Shown one piece after another: positions 6,911-14,215 of a DNA stretch of 36,643 nt. The notes below the pieces were generated by a model. That model did no database searches, had not been told where the DNA came from, and worked only from the letters and a program-made list of their open reading frames with translations. Origin of the DNA: a virus (taxonomy: Duplodnaviria; Caudoviricetes); the IMG/VR virus record IMGVR_UViG_3300005805_000225, positions 1 through 36,643 of that record; one strand, 5' to 3'. The translations under genes and the position numbers were made by a program. Numbering within the stretch: the first letter of the stretch is position 1; the number at the start of each line of letters is the position of its first letter.

Positions 6911-7190
6911 GAAGCAAGAGAACCGGAGAATCGCCAAGGCTTACGCTAGTGCGGGATGGGGATGGAGTGGGAAGGAATGGGTCTGTCTCAGATTACTCTG
7001 GACTTACGAATCTCGTTTTGACCACTTGGCAAAGAACCCAAAATCATCAGCTTTCGGAATCGCTCAACGACTTGGAGAGCGAAATCCAGACCCTAGAATC
7101 CAGATACTTAGAGGTTTGCGCTACATTGAACATCGTTATCAGCGACCTTGTAAGGCTTGGGCTTTTTGGAATAAGAAAGGACACTACTGA
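6777..7190 (+). CDS. Secreted or membrane-anchored lytic transglycosylase (SLT/Rpf-like lysozyme fold)
   Basis: N-terminal signal-like segment; CLRLLWTYES (catalytic Glu), NPKSSAFGIAQ, GLRYIEHRY..PCKAWAFW..KGHY. Confidence 0.8.
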   Translation: MKLRVKFGLILVAGLTLTWAHQPQARQVKLPTDLVIVAKKASWDEKQENRRIAKAYASAGWGWSGKEWVCLRLLWTYESRFDHLAKNPKSSAFGIAQRLGERNPDPRIQILRGLRYIEHRYQRPCKAWAFWNKKGHY

Positions 7191-7351
7191 TGTATAGACT
7201 ATGGCTACGCTTTGGGATCAAACGAGGGTGGATAAGTAAACCTTATTGTATGACTCACGAGGGTAATTATGATTATATGACAGAGGAAGAGCGTGATGAG
7301 TGGGATATTGGCGGAGATCCTTGCCATATCGCTATCTCTGTATTAGAATAG
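7190..7351 (+). CDS. Small Cys/His protein, 53 aa
   Basis: Hand-translated MYRLWLRFGIKRGWISKPYCMTHEG...GGDPCHIAISVLE; TGATG coupling; GAAAGGA RBS. Confidence 0.7.
   Translation: MYRLWLRFGIKRGWISKPYCMTHEGNYDYMTEEERDEWDIGGDPCHIAISVLE
7321..7349 (+). promoter_or_regulatory. SigmaA-type promoter for the downstream sRNA
   Basis: TTGCCA (7321-7326), 17 bp spacer, TAGAAT (7344-7349); predicted start ~7355-7356. Confidence 0.65.
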
Positions 7352-7354
7352 AGT

Positions 7355-7421
7355 TGCTAGGTAGTTATCCCCTTTCGACCTAGCAAAGAGAAAGCCCTGG
7401 TGTATAGCCAGGGCTTTTCTT
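7355..7421 (+). ncRNA. Putative ~65-nt sRNA with an anti-Shine-Dalgarno-like loop
   Basis: Stem TTGCTAGGT/ACCTAGCAA (7354-7362/7378-7386) with 15-nt loop AGTTATCCCCTTTCG, then an intrinsic terminator; own promoter; no ORF. Confidence 0.6.
7391..7421. terminator. Intrinsic terminator between convergent units, probably bidirectional
   Basis: AAAGCCCTGG-TGTATAG-CCAGGGCTTTTCTT with an A-rich 5' flank. Confidence 0.85.
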
Positions 7422-7593
7422 ATTGGTCGGTTGAGTAGAACCCAGCGCCTCGGAAGGTGATAGGGGGTGAGGACCAGACCCTACTCATTAGACTGCCACA
7501 GTTAGCACAGGAGGGAGTGCTAGCTTCGGCGTGGATAGAACGCTCAACGAATGAAGTAATTGAGCAGTCCAGACATCTGTATTCATAAGTCAC
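7420..7593 (-). CDS. FmdB-family zinc-ribbon protein, 57 aa
   Basis: Hand-translated MTYEYRCLDC...CANCGSLMSRVWSSPPITFRGAGFYSTDQ; YEYxC and F.G.GFY.TD motifs. Confidence 0.85.
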   Translation of the reverse strand: MTYEYRCLDCSITSFVERSIHAEASTPSCANCGSLMSRVWSSPPITFRGAGFYSTDQ

Positions 7594-7973
7594 AATGGTA
7601 ATCCATAGTCAGTATGAAGGAAGCCAACAAGTTTCATCTTCTTAGAAGTGTTAGCAAACTCTGTAGTCGTAGGCATCCAGCGCTCTTGCCAAGCAGGTTC
7701 GGGAACGCGGGAGAGATCGAAGCCCCACTTACCTTCCGGTGTGGAGTTGATGTACCAAGGCGCTAGGTTATGGTAGGTAGCTTCTAACATCAGTCTTTCA
7801 TACTTACTCTTCTCAATGAGAAGTTCAGGGTAGTGAGTATGCCTACATTTGAGTTCAATGAATAGACCTCTGGCTATTGTGGTGCAGTCAAAGGAATCGT
7901 AAGTGGATTCTGATTTAACAAGATCGGGGAAGTGGCTACCTTTAAGATAGTCAAAGAGTTCTTGTTCGTTCAC
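7590..7973 (-). CDS. PD-(D/E)XK-like nuclease
   Basis: FDC...FIELKCR catalytic-type motif. Confidence 0.6.
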   Translation of the reverse strand: MNEQELFDYLKGSHFPDLVKSESTYDSFDCTTIARGLFIELKCRHTHYPELLIEKSKYERLMLEATYHNLAPWYINSTPEGKWGFDLSRVPEPAWQERWMPTTTEFANTSKKMKLVGFLHTDYGLPL

Positions 7974-8602
7974 GCCCAGGGACTCTCTCCGCCGAGTGCT
8001 TGCTGAAGTTTACGCATAGATGAAGTAGCTCTTCTATCAGCGCTAGATACTGCACACTCTAGATACTGTGCTAGTTGGTGTAGCGTAGCCGCTTCGTGAT
8101 AGCGCATACGCAAAATCGTTTGGTCTTCCTGCTCTAACTTTAGATAAGCCTTCTTGATATCTATGAGCGTAGCTAACAGGTTGCCACCCTCAGCCGGAGC
8201 TGACTGCTTCTTTGGTTGCCCATCGTTAATCATATTCTGAGCCTGCTCTAAGGCTGTGTTATCTATGATAGATGCAATAACAAAGGGCAGTAATTGAGCT
8301 AAGGTAGCAGTGTCATAGAAGGCTTCATCGCCTATCCGATAGCCGGACTTTGCAGCCTTTTCTTTACGAGCATAGCGCTCTGCGTGGCGCTTCATCTGCC
8401 AAGCGATACGCCTTTCATTAGCGATACGCTTGATAGTATTCTCTTCGTTTAACTGATCTTGAAAGCTATCTGACCTAGAAGTAGCCCAGGCATAGCATTC
8501 CTGTAGCACATCTTCCTTCTCTACATATCCTCTAAACCTGCGATAGACAGAATGGGCAACGCCAGGTGCTATCTCAAGTAGAGTAGGATGCAGTTCAGTC
8601 AT
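7970..8602 (-). CDS. Phage sigma70-family (ECF-like) sigma factor
   Basis: EKEDVLQE (region 2-like) and LEQEDQTILRMRY...TLHQLAQYLECAVSSADRR...MRKL (region 4 HTH); start trimmed to MTELHP. Confidence 0.7.
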   Translation of the reverse strand: MTELHPTLLEIAPGVAHSVYRRFRGYVEKEDVLQECYAWATSRSDSFQDQLNEENTIKRIANERRIAWQMKRHAERYARKEKAAKSGYRIGDEAFYDTATLAQLLPFVIASIIDNTALEQAQNMINDGQPKKQSAPAEGGNLLATLIDIKKAYLKLEQEDQTILRMRYHEAATLHQLAQYLECAVSSADRRATSSMRKLQQALGGESPWA

Positions 8603-9014
8603 TAGGTATCTCGGGCCACTTCTTATCAAGAACCATAATTGCAATGGCTGAGTAGTTAAGTAAATCTATGAAGGAGTCTCGGAGACTTTCGTTTGAGGGA
8701 GATACTCTGCTATCAAGGAGGTTATTGATGCGAGCCACTTTGTCCCACATTCGCACTCGGAGTCCGTTGAGTGCGCCACCTGGACTGTGAGCGATGTTCT
8801 TCGGGCCGTAATCACGATGCTTGCGGATGAGCAGATTTCCAGCGGAGTCCAAGATGGTCCAGATATCTCTAATGAACTCATCATCTACTTCCTTGTGGGG
8901 ATTGGCTTGCAGGTTATCGTTCCACTCTTGTAATCTATCGAGACTATTATCATCCCCATATCCATCAATAATCTGGCTGCCTCTTGGAGATCTTTTTTCT
9001 TGCTCATTCATCAT
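8595..9014 (-). CDS. DUF1599 / nucleotide-modification-associated all-alpha domain protein
   Basis: KHRDYG..N...VRMWDKVARINNL...ESLRDSFIDLLNYS. Confidence 0.75.
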   Translation of the reverse strand: MMNEQEKRSPRGSQIIDGYGDDNSLDRLQEWNDNLQANPHKEVDDEFIRDIWTILDSAGNLLIRKHRDYGPKNIAHSPGGALNGLRVRMWDKVARINNLLDSRVSPSNESLRDSFIDLLNYSAIAIMVLDKKWPEIPND

Positions 9015-9652
9015 ACTCCTCCTACTAGGTTGGTTAGTTCGTCTTTACCATTAGCCAGATAAAAGTCCGTAATGTCCATACCTGGTGGTAATTGTACTAT
9101 TTGTGAATTTACTACCTCACTTGCGACACGCCGAGCGAACTCAGCTCCTGGATTAGTTTCCTTATCCTCTCTTGTGTCGTTATCTCCGATGACATAGATG
9201 ACATCAAAGCCAGTAAATAATTTTGGATAGAAAGGTTTCCAAGCAGCAACTCCTGGTACTCCTACTGCTGGGATACCTGTCTCATTCATAATGATCGCAT
9301 CAAACTCACCTTCACAAATGACTATCTTTGGTGAGTCATAACTCGTTGCAACAACATTATAGAGATGACTCTTCTGACCTACCGGAGCGCCATACTTTGG
9401 CTTGCCATCATCTAACCTACGAAACTTGAAACCTACACAGATATCTAAAGCTGTGAAGTAGGGAATAGATATCCAGCCGGCGTAACCCTGATGACCCTCA
9501 ATAGGATCGACTATAGTTCCAAGACTATAGCGAGCGGCAGTTACTTCAGATATTCCACGTGCGTCTAGATATGCCAGCGCCTCTTCGCTTATTGCCTGAG
9601 CGTACCTGTGCGCCGCCTCGCTTAGCAATGTCGACTGCGTAGTTGAGAGCAT
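9011..9652 (-). CDS. DNA primase, catalytic Toprim part
   Basis: YLDARGI, KPKY, VICEGEFDA, GVPG, GDND, DITD motifs. Confidence 0.9.
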   Translation of the reverse strand: MLSTTQSTLLSEAAHRYAQAISEEALAYLDARGISEVTAARYSLGTIVDPIEGHQGYAGWISIPYFTALDICVGFKFRRLDDGKPKYGAPVGQKSHLYNVVATSYDSPKIVICEGEFDAIIMNETGIPAVGVPGVAAWKPFYPKLFTGFDVIYVIGDNDTREDKETNPGAEFARRVASEVVNSQIVQLPPGMDITDFYLANGKDELTNLVGGV

Positions 9653-9929
9653 CCTTAAACCCCATATTCTCGTTAGCCATTACAACATCTACTGCTGAAC
9701 CACCCTTACCGCAAGTGTGGCAGTAATATAAATTATCGTAAGTGTTCATCACTGCACTCCGGCGTGAGTCATCGTGCATACAACATCTTACTGAAACGCT
9801 TTTACCCTGCTTAACTTCGCCACCGTAGTGAGCGACTATCAAGTCTATGGGGATTGCACTCGCATCTGAGTTGCCTTTTCCCCTACCTTTACGTACCACC
9901 CTGCTCCAGTCTTGTGTAGACAAGTGCAA
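9546..9929 (-). CDS. DNA primase CHC2 zinc-binding domain (separate gene)
   Basis: CCMHDDSRRS...YYCHTCGKGG..VD.V......FKDA. Confidence 0.85.
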   Translation of the reverse strand: MHLSTQDWSRVVRKGRGKGNSDASAIPIDLIVAHYGGEVKQGKSVSVRCCMHDDSRRSAVMNTYDNLYYCHTCGKGGSAVDVVMANENMGFKDALNYAVDIAKRGGAQVRSGNKRRGAGISRRTWNI

Positions 9930-10021
9930 TCTCCTTTGCAGTATCCGTGTAGCTCTTCTGCCTTATCGTAAGTACCTTTGGCATTGAAGTCACCACCTAC
10001 CTGACAGTCAGTGCAGATCAT
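9845..10021 (-). CDS. Small Cys/His-rich protein, 58 aa
   Basis: MICTDC...HGYCKGDCTCLH; ATGA overlap with the resolvase stop. Confidence 0.65.
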   Translation of the reverse strand: MICTDCQVGGDFNAKGTYDKAEELHGYCKGDCTCLHKTGAGWYVKVGEKATQMRVQSP

Positions 10022-10491
10022 TCTGTCTTCTTCTTTCTTGTTGACTTTGGTTTTGGTTCTTCTTTTACATCTTCTGCTGTTGACGGATTTGGTTCGTCCT
10101 TGCTCTTCCAACCTTCCGTGCTAGTTATATTTCCTTGTGGTACTGGCATCTGCTCAATCCATTTCTCTAATGATTGTATTACCCAAGCATCTTCAATAGA
10201 TGCGTTCCTTCTTTTGACTATGACAAAGGCCGGAGGAATAACGGGCAAACCTCTAGCCTTTGCATAGTTGGCTGCCTCAGTCTGGGCCTCAGCCCAGAAC
10301 TGTGGAAGACTCATTGACTTACGGTTCTTACATTCCAAAATATAGGTCTGACCTGCGATTATGGTGACGATATCACCCTCATCATTGGCCCCCGCCTTGG
10401 CTAATCTTTCAGCAAAATGTCCCAGGGATCTCAAGTACCTCATAACGTCACTCTCAAACTTGCTTCCCTTTTGCTTGTTGTAAGAACTCAT
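10018..10491 (-). CDS. Holliday junction resolvase (Hjc-like PD-(D/E)XK)
   Basis: KQKGSKFE...GDI...ILECKN. Confidence 0.8.
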   Translation of the reverse strand: MSSYNKQKGSKFESDVMRYLRSLGHFAERLAKAGANDEGDIVTIIAGQTYILECKNRKSMSLPQFWAEAQTEAANYAKARGLPVIPPAFVIVKRRNASIEDAWVIQSLEKWIEQMPVPQGNITSTEGWKSKDEPNPSTAEDVKEEPKPKSTRKKKTE

Positions 10492-11315
10492 AAGACCTTA
10501 TTCGAGTTGTAGATCATTCTTCCGTAGGAATCTGAATCTGATATCTGACAAGCTGAATAGTTTGTAAACAAAGCAATCCAATCCTTGCCATCAGCAGTAT
10601 GCCTACCGAATCTATTCTTGACTGCAGCAACCCTAAGAGTATGGTCATACGGGTTATAGCCAAGAGTTAATATCAGCGCTGGTAATTGACTTACCTTTCC
10701 GTGAATCGCCTTTCGCGGTGACGGTTCAAAGACTGAGCCATACTCACTCTGCTCTGATACGTGGTGCAGTACCATCACACAGGCTTCGGTTTTCCTAGCC
10801 ATATCGTGCAGTTCTGCCATTATCGCTCGTAACCCTGCCCATTCATTATCTGTTTCAGCAACGACATTCATCAGGTTATCTATCACTATCAACTTTGGAG
10901 CTATTCCATAGAGTTCTATGTAAGCCTTTACCTCCGCCTCGATGTCATCAAGCGAAGGGCTAGAGTCAAAGACCCACTGTATGTGGCCCATCTTCTCTAA
11001 ATAGTCTGCGTAATAGTCAGGGTTAGCCCTGATGTTATTCTCTACTGTCGTTTGTATATGACCTGAAGTATGTGCAGCAGCTCTTATCATAACTGTTGCA
11101 GTATCAGTATCTGCCGAGAAGAAAAGTGTAGGCACCTGAGCTTTGATCGCATAGATCATAGCGAACATAGACTTTCCAGCGTTTGGTGCAGCGGCAACCA
11201 TACACACTTGACCTCGCCGGAACTTTATATCCTTTGTCGTTAAGTCTTTCCAGACTACTGGCAAAGGTTCTGCGTTGCTATGAGAACTGCGCCAAGCCCT
11301 ATCAAGCCTAAGCAC
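10488..11315 (-). CDS. DnaB-like (SF4) replicative helicase, ATPase domain only
   Basis: AAPNAGKS Walker A, LIVIDNL Walker B, VLHH, VKNRFG. Confidence 0.85.
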   Translation of the reverse strand: MLRLDRAWRSSHSNAEPLPVVWKDLTTKDIKFRRGQVCMVAAAPNAGKSMFAMIYAIKAQVPTLFFSADTDTATVMIRAAAHTSGHIQTTVENNIRANPDYYADYLEKMGHIQWVFDSSPSLDDIEAEVKAYIELYGIAPKLIVIDNLMNVVAETDNEWAGLRAIMAELHDMARKTEACVMVLHHVSEQSEYGSVFEPSPRKAIHGKVSQLPALILTLGYNPYDHTLRVAAVKNRFGRHTADGKDWIALFTNYSACQISDSDSYGRMIYNSNKVL

Positions 11316-11565
11316 TTTTCTCCTTCGGTAGAATTATGTTGTTTTTTCTACGGATTCTCTTTCTTTCCTGTGGTGTAGTACCACCCCAGATTCCGTGTCG
11401 TTCATAAAGAACACCCCATCTGCGGCATTCAACTTGGTGGGTGCATACCTGACAGATTCTCTTAGCTCGTATGACATTTGTAGTGTCACCGCCTTGGTCT
11501 GGAAACCAGAGATCGCCACCAACTTGTGAACAGAGCGGAGCCTCGTAGTCACGCGGCTCTCGCAT
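11308..11565 (-). CDS. whiB: WhiB-family Fe-S transcription factor
   Basis: C...WFP...AKRICQVC...EC...GIWGGTTPQER; four Cys plus the G(I/V)WGG turn. Confidence 0.93.
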   Translation of the reverse strand: MREPRDYEAPLCSQVGGDLWFPDQGGDTTNVIRAKRICQVCTHQVECRRWGVLYERHGIWGGTTPQERKRIRRKNNIILPKEKSA

Positions 11566-11569
11566 AGCA

Positions 11570-11959
11570 TTACCGTACCCAGATTGTTGGACACTTTTCA
11601 GATTGTGGTGTGCCTTTTGGTGATGCACACATCCAACCCTTCCAAGGACCTTTGGCGCTTACTCCTTCGTTGTATCTCATATTTCCGTGTCTACAGACGT
11701 GATGACTTGCCGCTGGTTCAGCGGCTGGCTTAAAAGGGTACTGCTCTGCTACCTGCTTTGGTGTTTGACTAACTTGAACGGGCGCAGCAGGAGCAACGCC
11801 TGAGAAAGATTGGCTAACGCTTGCAATAAGGGCGGAAAAGTCCTGCGCTGCTGTTAGCAACGCTTCTAGTTCCTCCTTGTTTGCAGCATACAGATTGATA
11901 AGAGTTCCATCGGGTGACTTAAAGTTCACCTGGAACTTGGTTGATTCGGGTGCAGCCAT
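11570..11959 (-). CDS. Hypothetical protein with a C-terminal CxH..C..C Zn-binding motif
   Basis: ORF track; CRHG...WKGWMC...C; GGAGG RBS. Confidence 0.75.
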   Translation of the reverse strand: MAAPESTKFQVNFKSPDGTLINLYAANKEELEALLTAAQDFSALIASVSQSFSGVAPAAPVQVSQTPKQVAEQYPFKPAAEPAASHHVCRHGNMRYNEGVSAKGPWKGWMCASPKGTPQSEKCPTIWVR

Positions 11960-12907
11960 TTATATTCCTCCAGTTTGTTTGACGGAAAGCCTTGCGCTTT
12001 CCTTGCCTTGCTTAGTCGGTACGTAGCCTAGTGCTTTCTCCACCGCTTCCTTATCGACTGTATTGTTTTGGACTGTCGTCCATTTAATCTCGAAACCAGA
12101 TTGAGTTACGCCGAGTAATCCAGAAAGACCATCTCTCAATGCTTCCTTTCGTTCGGTCAGTTCCTTAATCTGGTTGTCGAGTTGTAGATATTCCATAGCA
12201 GAAGTATCTGCATCAGGATTATCAATAATAGGTAGCTCAGTTTTTGTACGATCTTTTTTTAGACCAACGCATCCCATCTCGCCAGAGGCGTCATAGTATT
12301 TGCAATAAAACTTACAGTAACTCTCATCCCTCTCTGGAGATGGAGCCGTGTCCGATTGCTTTATTGCTTCTAACCAGTTGAGCGCCTCTAGCGCAATGGT
12401 CTCGTCATAGGGTTCGGAATGTACTAAGACATCCCTCTCATCCCCATCACGAGGTATGGCTACTAGGTTCACAGTCTGAACCTTCCCCAATCCAGATTTG
12501 CTAATCAGGTAGCCATAAACTTGTACTTGCCAACGCTGTTGATTGCTTGGGAAGTAGTTAAGATTCTTAGCCTTTACTGTTTTCCAATCAACTACAGCCC
12601 CAGTAGAGGGAATATAGCAGTCCACGTGCGCTTTCATACCGCCGTATTCGACAGTCTGTTCAAGCACTACTTCTTTATTGTCAGCAAGTGCATTCTCTAT
12701 TGCAGCGTGGATAGCAGTACCCATAATCGCTGCGAGCTTTAGCTCGTTGTCATTGGTCTCCGGCTGATTATTGAGCCGGTACCAAACCTTACGGCGGCAT
12801 CCGCCTAACTCAGAAGGTCCTATCTGAACCTGAGTTGATCTTGCTTTCTTGCTCTCCTTGTCGTGTAGAGCTTTAACTAGCAATTCTTTTATATCCATCT
12901 TACCCAC
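11960..12907 (-). CDS. Cas4/RecB-like PD-(D/E)XK exonuclease
   Basis: GPSELGGCRRKVWY, GTAIH, HVD...VVDWKT, QVQVY, CKFYC...C Fe-S-type cysteines. Confidence 0.85.
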   Translation of the reverse strand: MGKMDIKELLVKALHDKESKKARSTQVQIGPSELGGCRRKVWYRLNNQPETNDNELKLAAIMGTAIHAAIENALADNKEVVLEQTVEYGGMKAHVDCYIPSTGAVVDWKTVKAKNLNYFPSNQQRWQVQVYGYLISKSGLGKVQTVNLVAIPRDGDERDVLVHSEPYDETIALEALNWLEAIKQSDTAPSPERDESYCKFYCKYYDASGEMGCVGLKKDRTKTELPIIDNPDADTSAMEYLQLDNQIKELTERKEALRDGLSGLLGVTQSGFEIKWTTVQNNTVDKEAVEKALGYVPTKQGKESARLSVKQTGGI

Positions 12908-13089
12908 CTTGTTATTGTGATGTTAAAGAATAGCAGGTTAATCTGACAAATCCTTGCATTTAATCTACGTACTTCAGATCGTGGATAATTCAAATCTGTG
13001 TATTCGTGGTAATAGTCAATACCAATAGCCCAGTTACTGAAATGGTGTCTATTGATATAGATAGTCCATAGTCGCCAATCCTTGTTCAT
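12889..13089 (-). CDS. Hypothetical protein, 66 aa
   Basis: ORF track; TAATG coupling. Confidence 0.6.
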   Translation of the reverse strand: MNKDWRLWTIYINRHHFSNWAIGIDYYHEYTDLNYPRSEVRRLNARICQINLLFFNITITRWVRWI

Positions 13090-13652
13090 TAGATCTCCCG
13101 TCTTTGAGTTACAAACTGTACCGGCGGGTGGGTATTGACATCAAGCACCGCAGATATAGCGAGCGCTTTTCGGGCGTGTCGTTCTACATTGGCAAGAGTA
13201 ATAGAATCAGAAGCACCATAGAGGTAACCAAGAGCGAAAGCGCCACCCGACCCCAGACCGTAGAGTCCCAAGTCTGATTGGATGAACGAGAGGTCCGTCG
13301 CAATGTGGAAGACATTACCATTAAACGCAACAATGTAGTCGAACCCTGCGTCTTTCTCTTTCGTAGCTTCATAAGGGTCATATCCATTCTCTTTGAACGC
13401 CGCGAGTATTGACGGCAGTATCTTCTTACCCATCCATTGGATGGGATCTGCACCTTTATAATTCGGTGGAGACCAGTTATAGGCAAGGATGTCACCAGGT
13501 CTAGAGTCACCAGTGATACCCAATAGGTACTTACCAATGGAGATTATCTTTGGAGTAGAAGTGCTTATAGTTCTAAGATTATCTTCAGTGATTTGAGAAT
13601 CAGCAGCTAAGATACATTGGTCCTCAAGTTGAATACCGACTAATGTGGTCAT
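13089..13652 (-). CDS. Ntn-hydrolase peptidase (HslV/proteasome beta-subunit-like)
   Basis: N-terminal MTT, AADSQ, KI, GITG, GSGG..ALG. Confidence 0.8.
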   Translation of the reverse strand: MTTLVGIQLEDQCILAADSQITEDNLRTISTSTPKIISIGKYLLGITGDSRPGDILAYNWSPPNYKGADPIQWMGKKILPSILAAFKENGYDPYEATKEKDAGFDYIVAFNGNVFHIATDLSFIQSDLGLYGLGSGGAFALGYLYGASDSITLANVERHARKALAISAVLDVNTHPPVQFVTQRREI

Positions 13653-13658
13653 AGAAAA

Positions 13659-13713
13659 ATCTTACCTCTCCTCCGGCGTGTCGCTTCTGCGACACTCCCA
13701 AACTTTCTACAAT
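13659..13713. promoter_or_regulatory. Divergent promoter pair, each with GACAC upstream of a -10 element
   Basis: Minus: GACAC (13682-13678), 13 bp, TAAGAT (13664-13659), 6 nt, ATG (leaderless). Plus: GACAC (13691-13695), 12 bp, TACAAT (13708-13713). Confidence 0.6.
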
Positions 13714-13714
13714 A

Positions 13715-13815
13715 TGAGCGTTAGCGAATCTACGGTAGGCGCCGCTTGTGGTGAGCGCCGTACCGACCGAGGCGGCGCGAAGCGCCGAGGCGACCGACCA
13801 CAGGAGGGAGCCGTC
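13715..13815 (+). other. Hairpin cluster (single-strand-origin-like element 2, or structured leader)
   Basis: GAGCGTTAGCGAATC, GGCGC-GAA-GCGCC (13774-13786), GGC-GA-CC-GA-CC-ACA-GG-A-GG-GA-GCC (13789-13812). Confidence 0.55.
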
Positions 13816-13822
13816 CTGAGCA

Positions 13823-14056
13823 ATGCTCCGTCTACTTAGGCTGTTGAAAAACAGAAACAGTTTACCACCGATACAAGCCTCCGACCTGCGCTCTGTAGGT
13901 CCAACCCACCGATGTGTCTGTGGTTGCACTGTCTTTTCTACCTATGTCCAGTTCGATGACTATGAGATCTGTTGGTATGCACTAGATGTCCAATGCGCTA
14001 ATTGTGGCAACCTACTGAAAGCTCCTTGTCCTATAGATAAACCTGAGTTAACATAA
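13823..14056 (+). CDS. Cys-rich Zn-binding hypothetical protein, 77 aa
   Basis: HRCVCGC...CANCG...CP; AGGAGGGAG upstream; lone plus-strand gene. Confidence 0.75.
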   Translation: MLRLLRLLKNRNSLPPIQASDLRSVGPTHRCVCGCTVFSTYVQFDDYEICWYALDVQCANCGNLLKAPCPIDKPELT

Positions 14057-14162
14057 GTAAATTGATTTTGAGTTGAGGCGTTTTGATTTCATCTCTAGGC
14101 AATCACCTTACCCTTTGCTGAAAGTGTCTCAACTCGCCATAAAACCACCCTTAAAAGGGCAT

Positions 14163-14198
14163 AAAAAAAGAAGGCCCCAGGATTTCTCCCAGGGCCTT
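14163..14198 (-). terminator. Intrinsic terminator ending the late operon
   Basis: AAGGCCCUGGGA-GAAA-UCCUGGGGCCUU followed by CUUUUUUU. Confidence 0.85.
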
Positions 14199-14215
14199 TG
14201 CCTCGCGCTACTGAA

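Noticed and set aside
1890-7351. TAG recoding suggested by frequent CTAG
   Set aside because: Genes tile tightly in the standard code and TAG acts as a stop in TAGTG overlaps (979, 4024, 4597).
7363-7377. Loop read on the minus strand (CGAAAGGGGATAA) as RBS of an antisense gene
   Set aside because: No start codon at a suitable distance, and it lies beyond the terminator of the minus-strand operon.
11960-12907. Cas4-like gene as sign of a CRISPR system
   Set aside because: No repeat-spacer array or other cas genes seen; solo Cas4-like exonucleases are common in phage replication modules.
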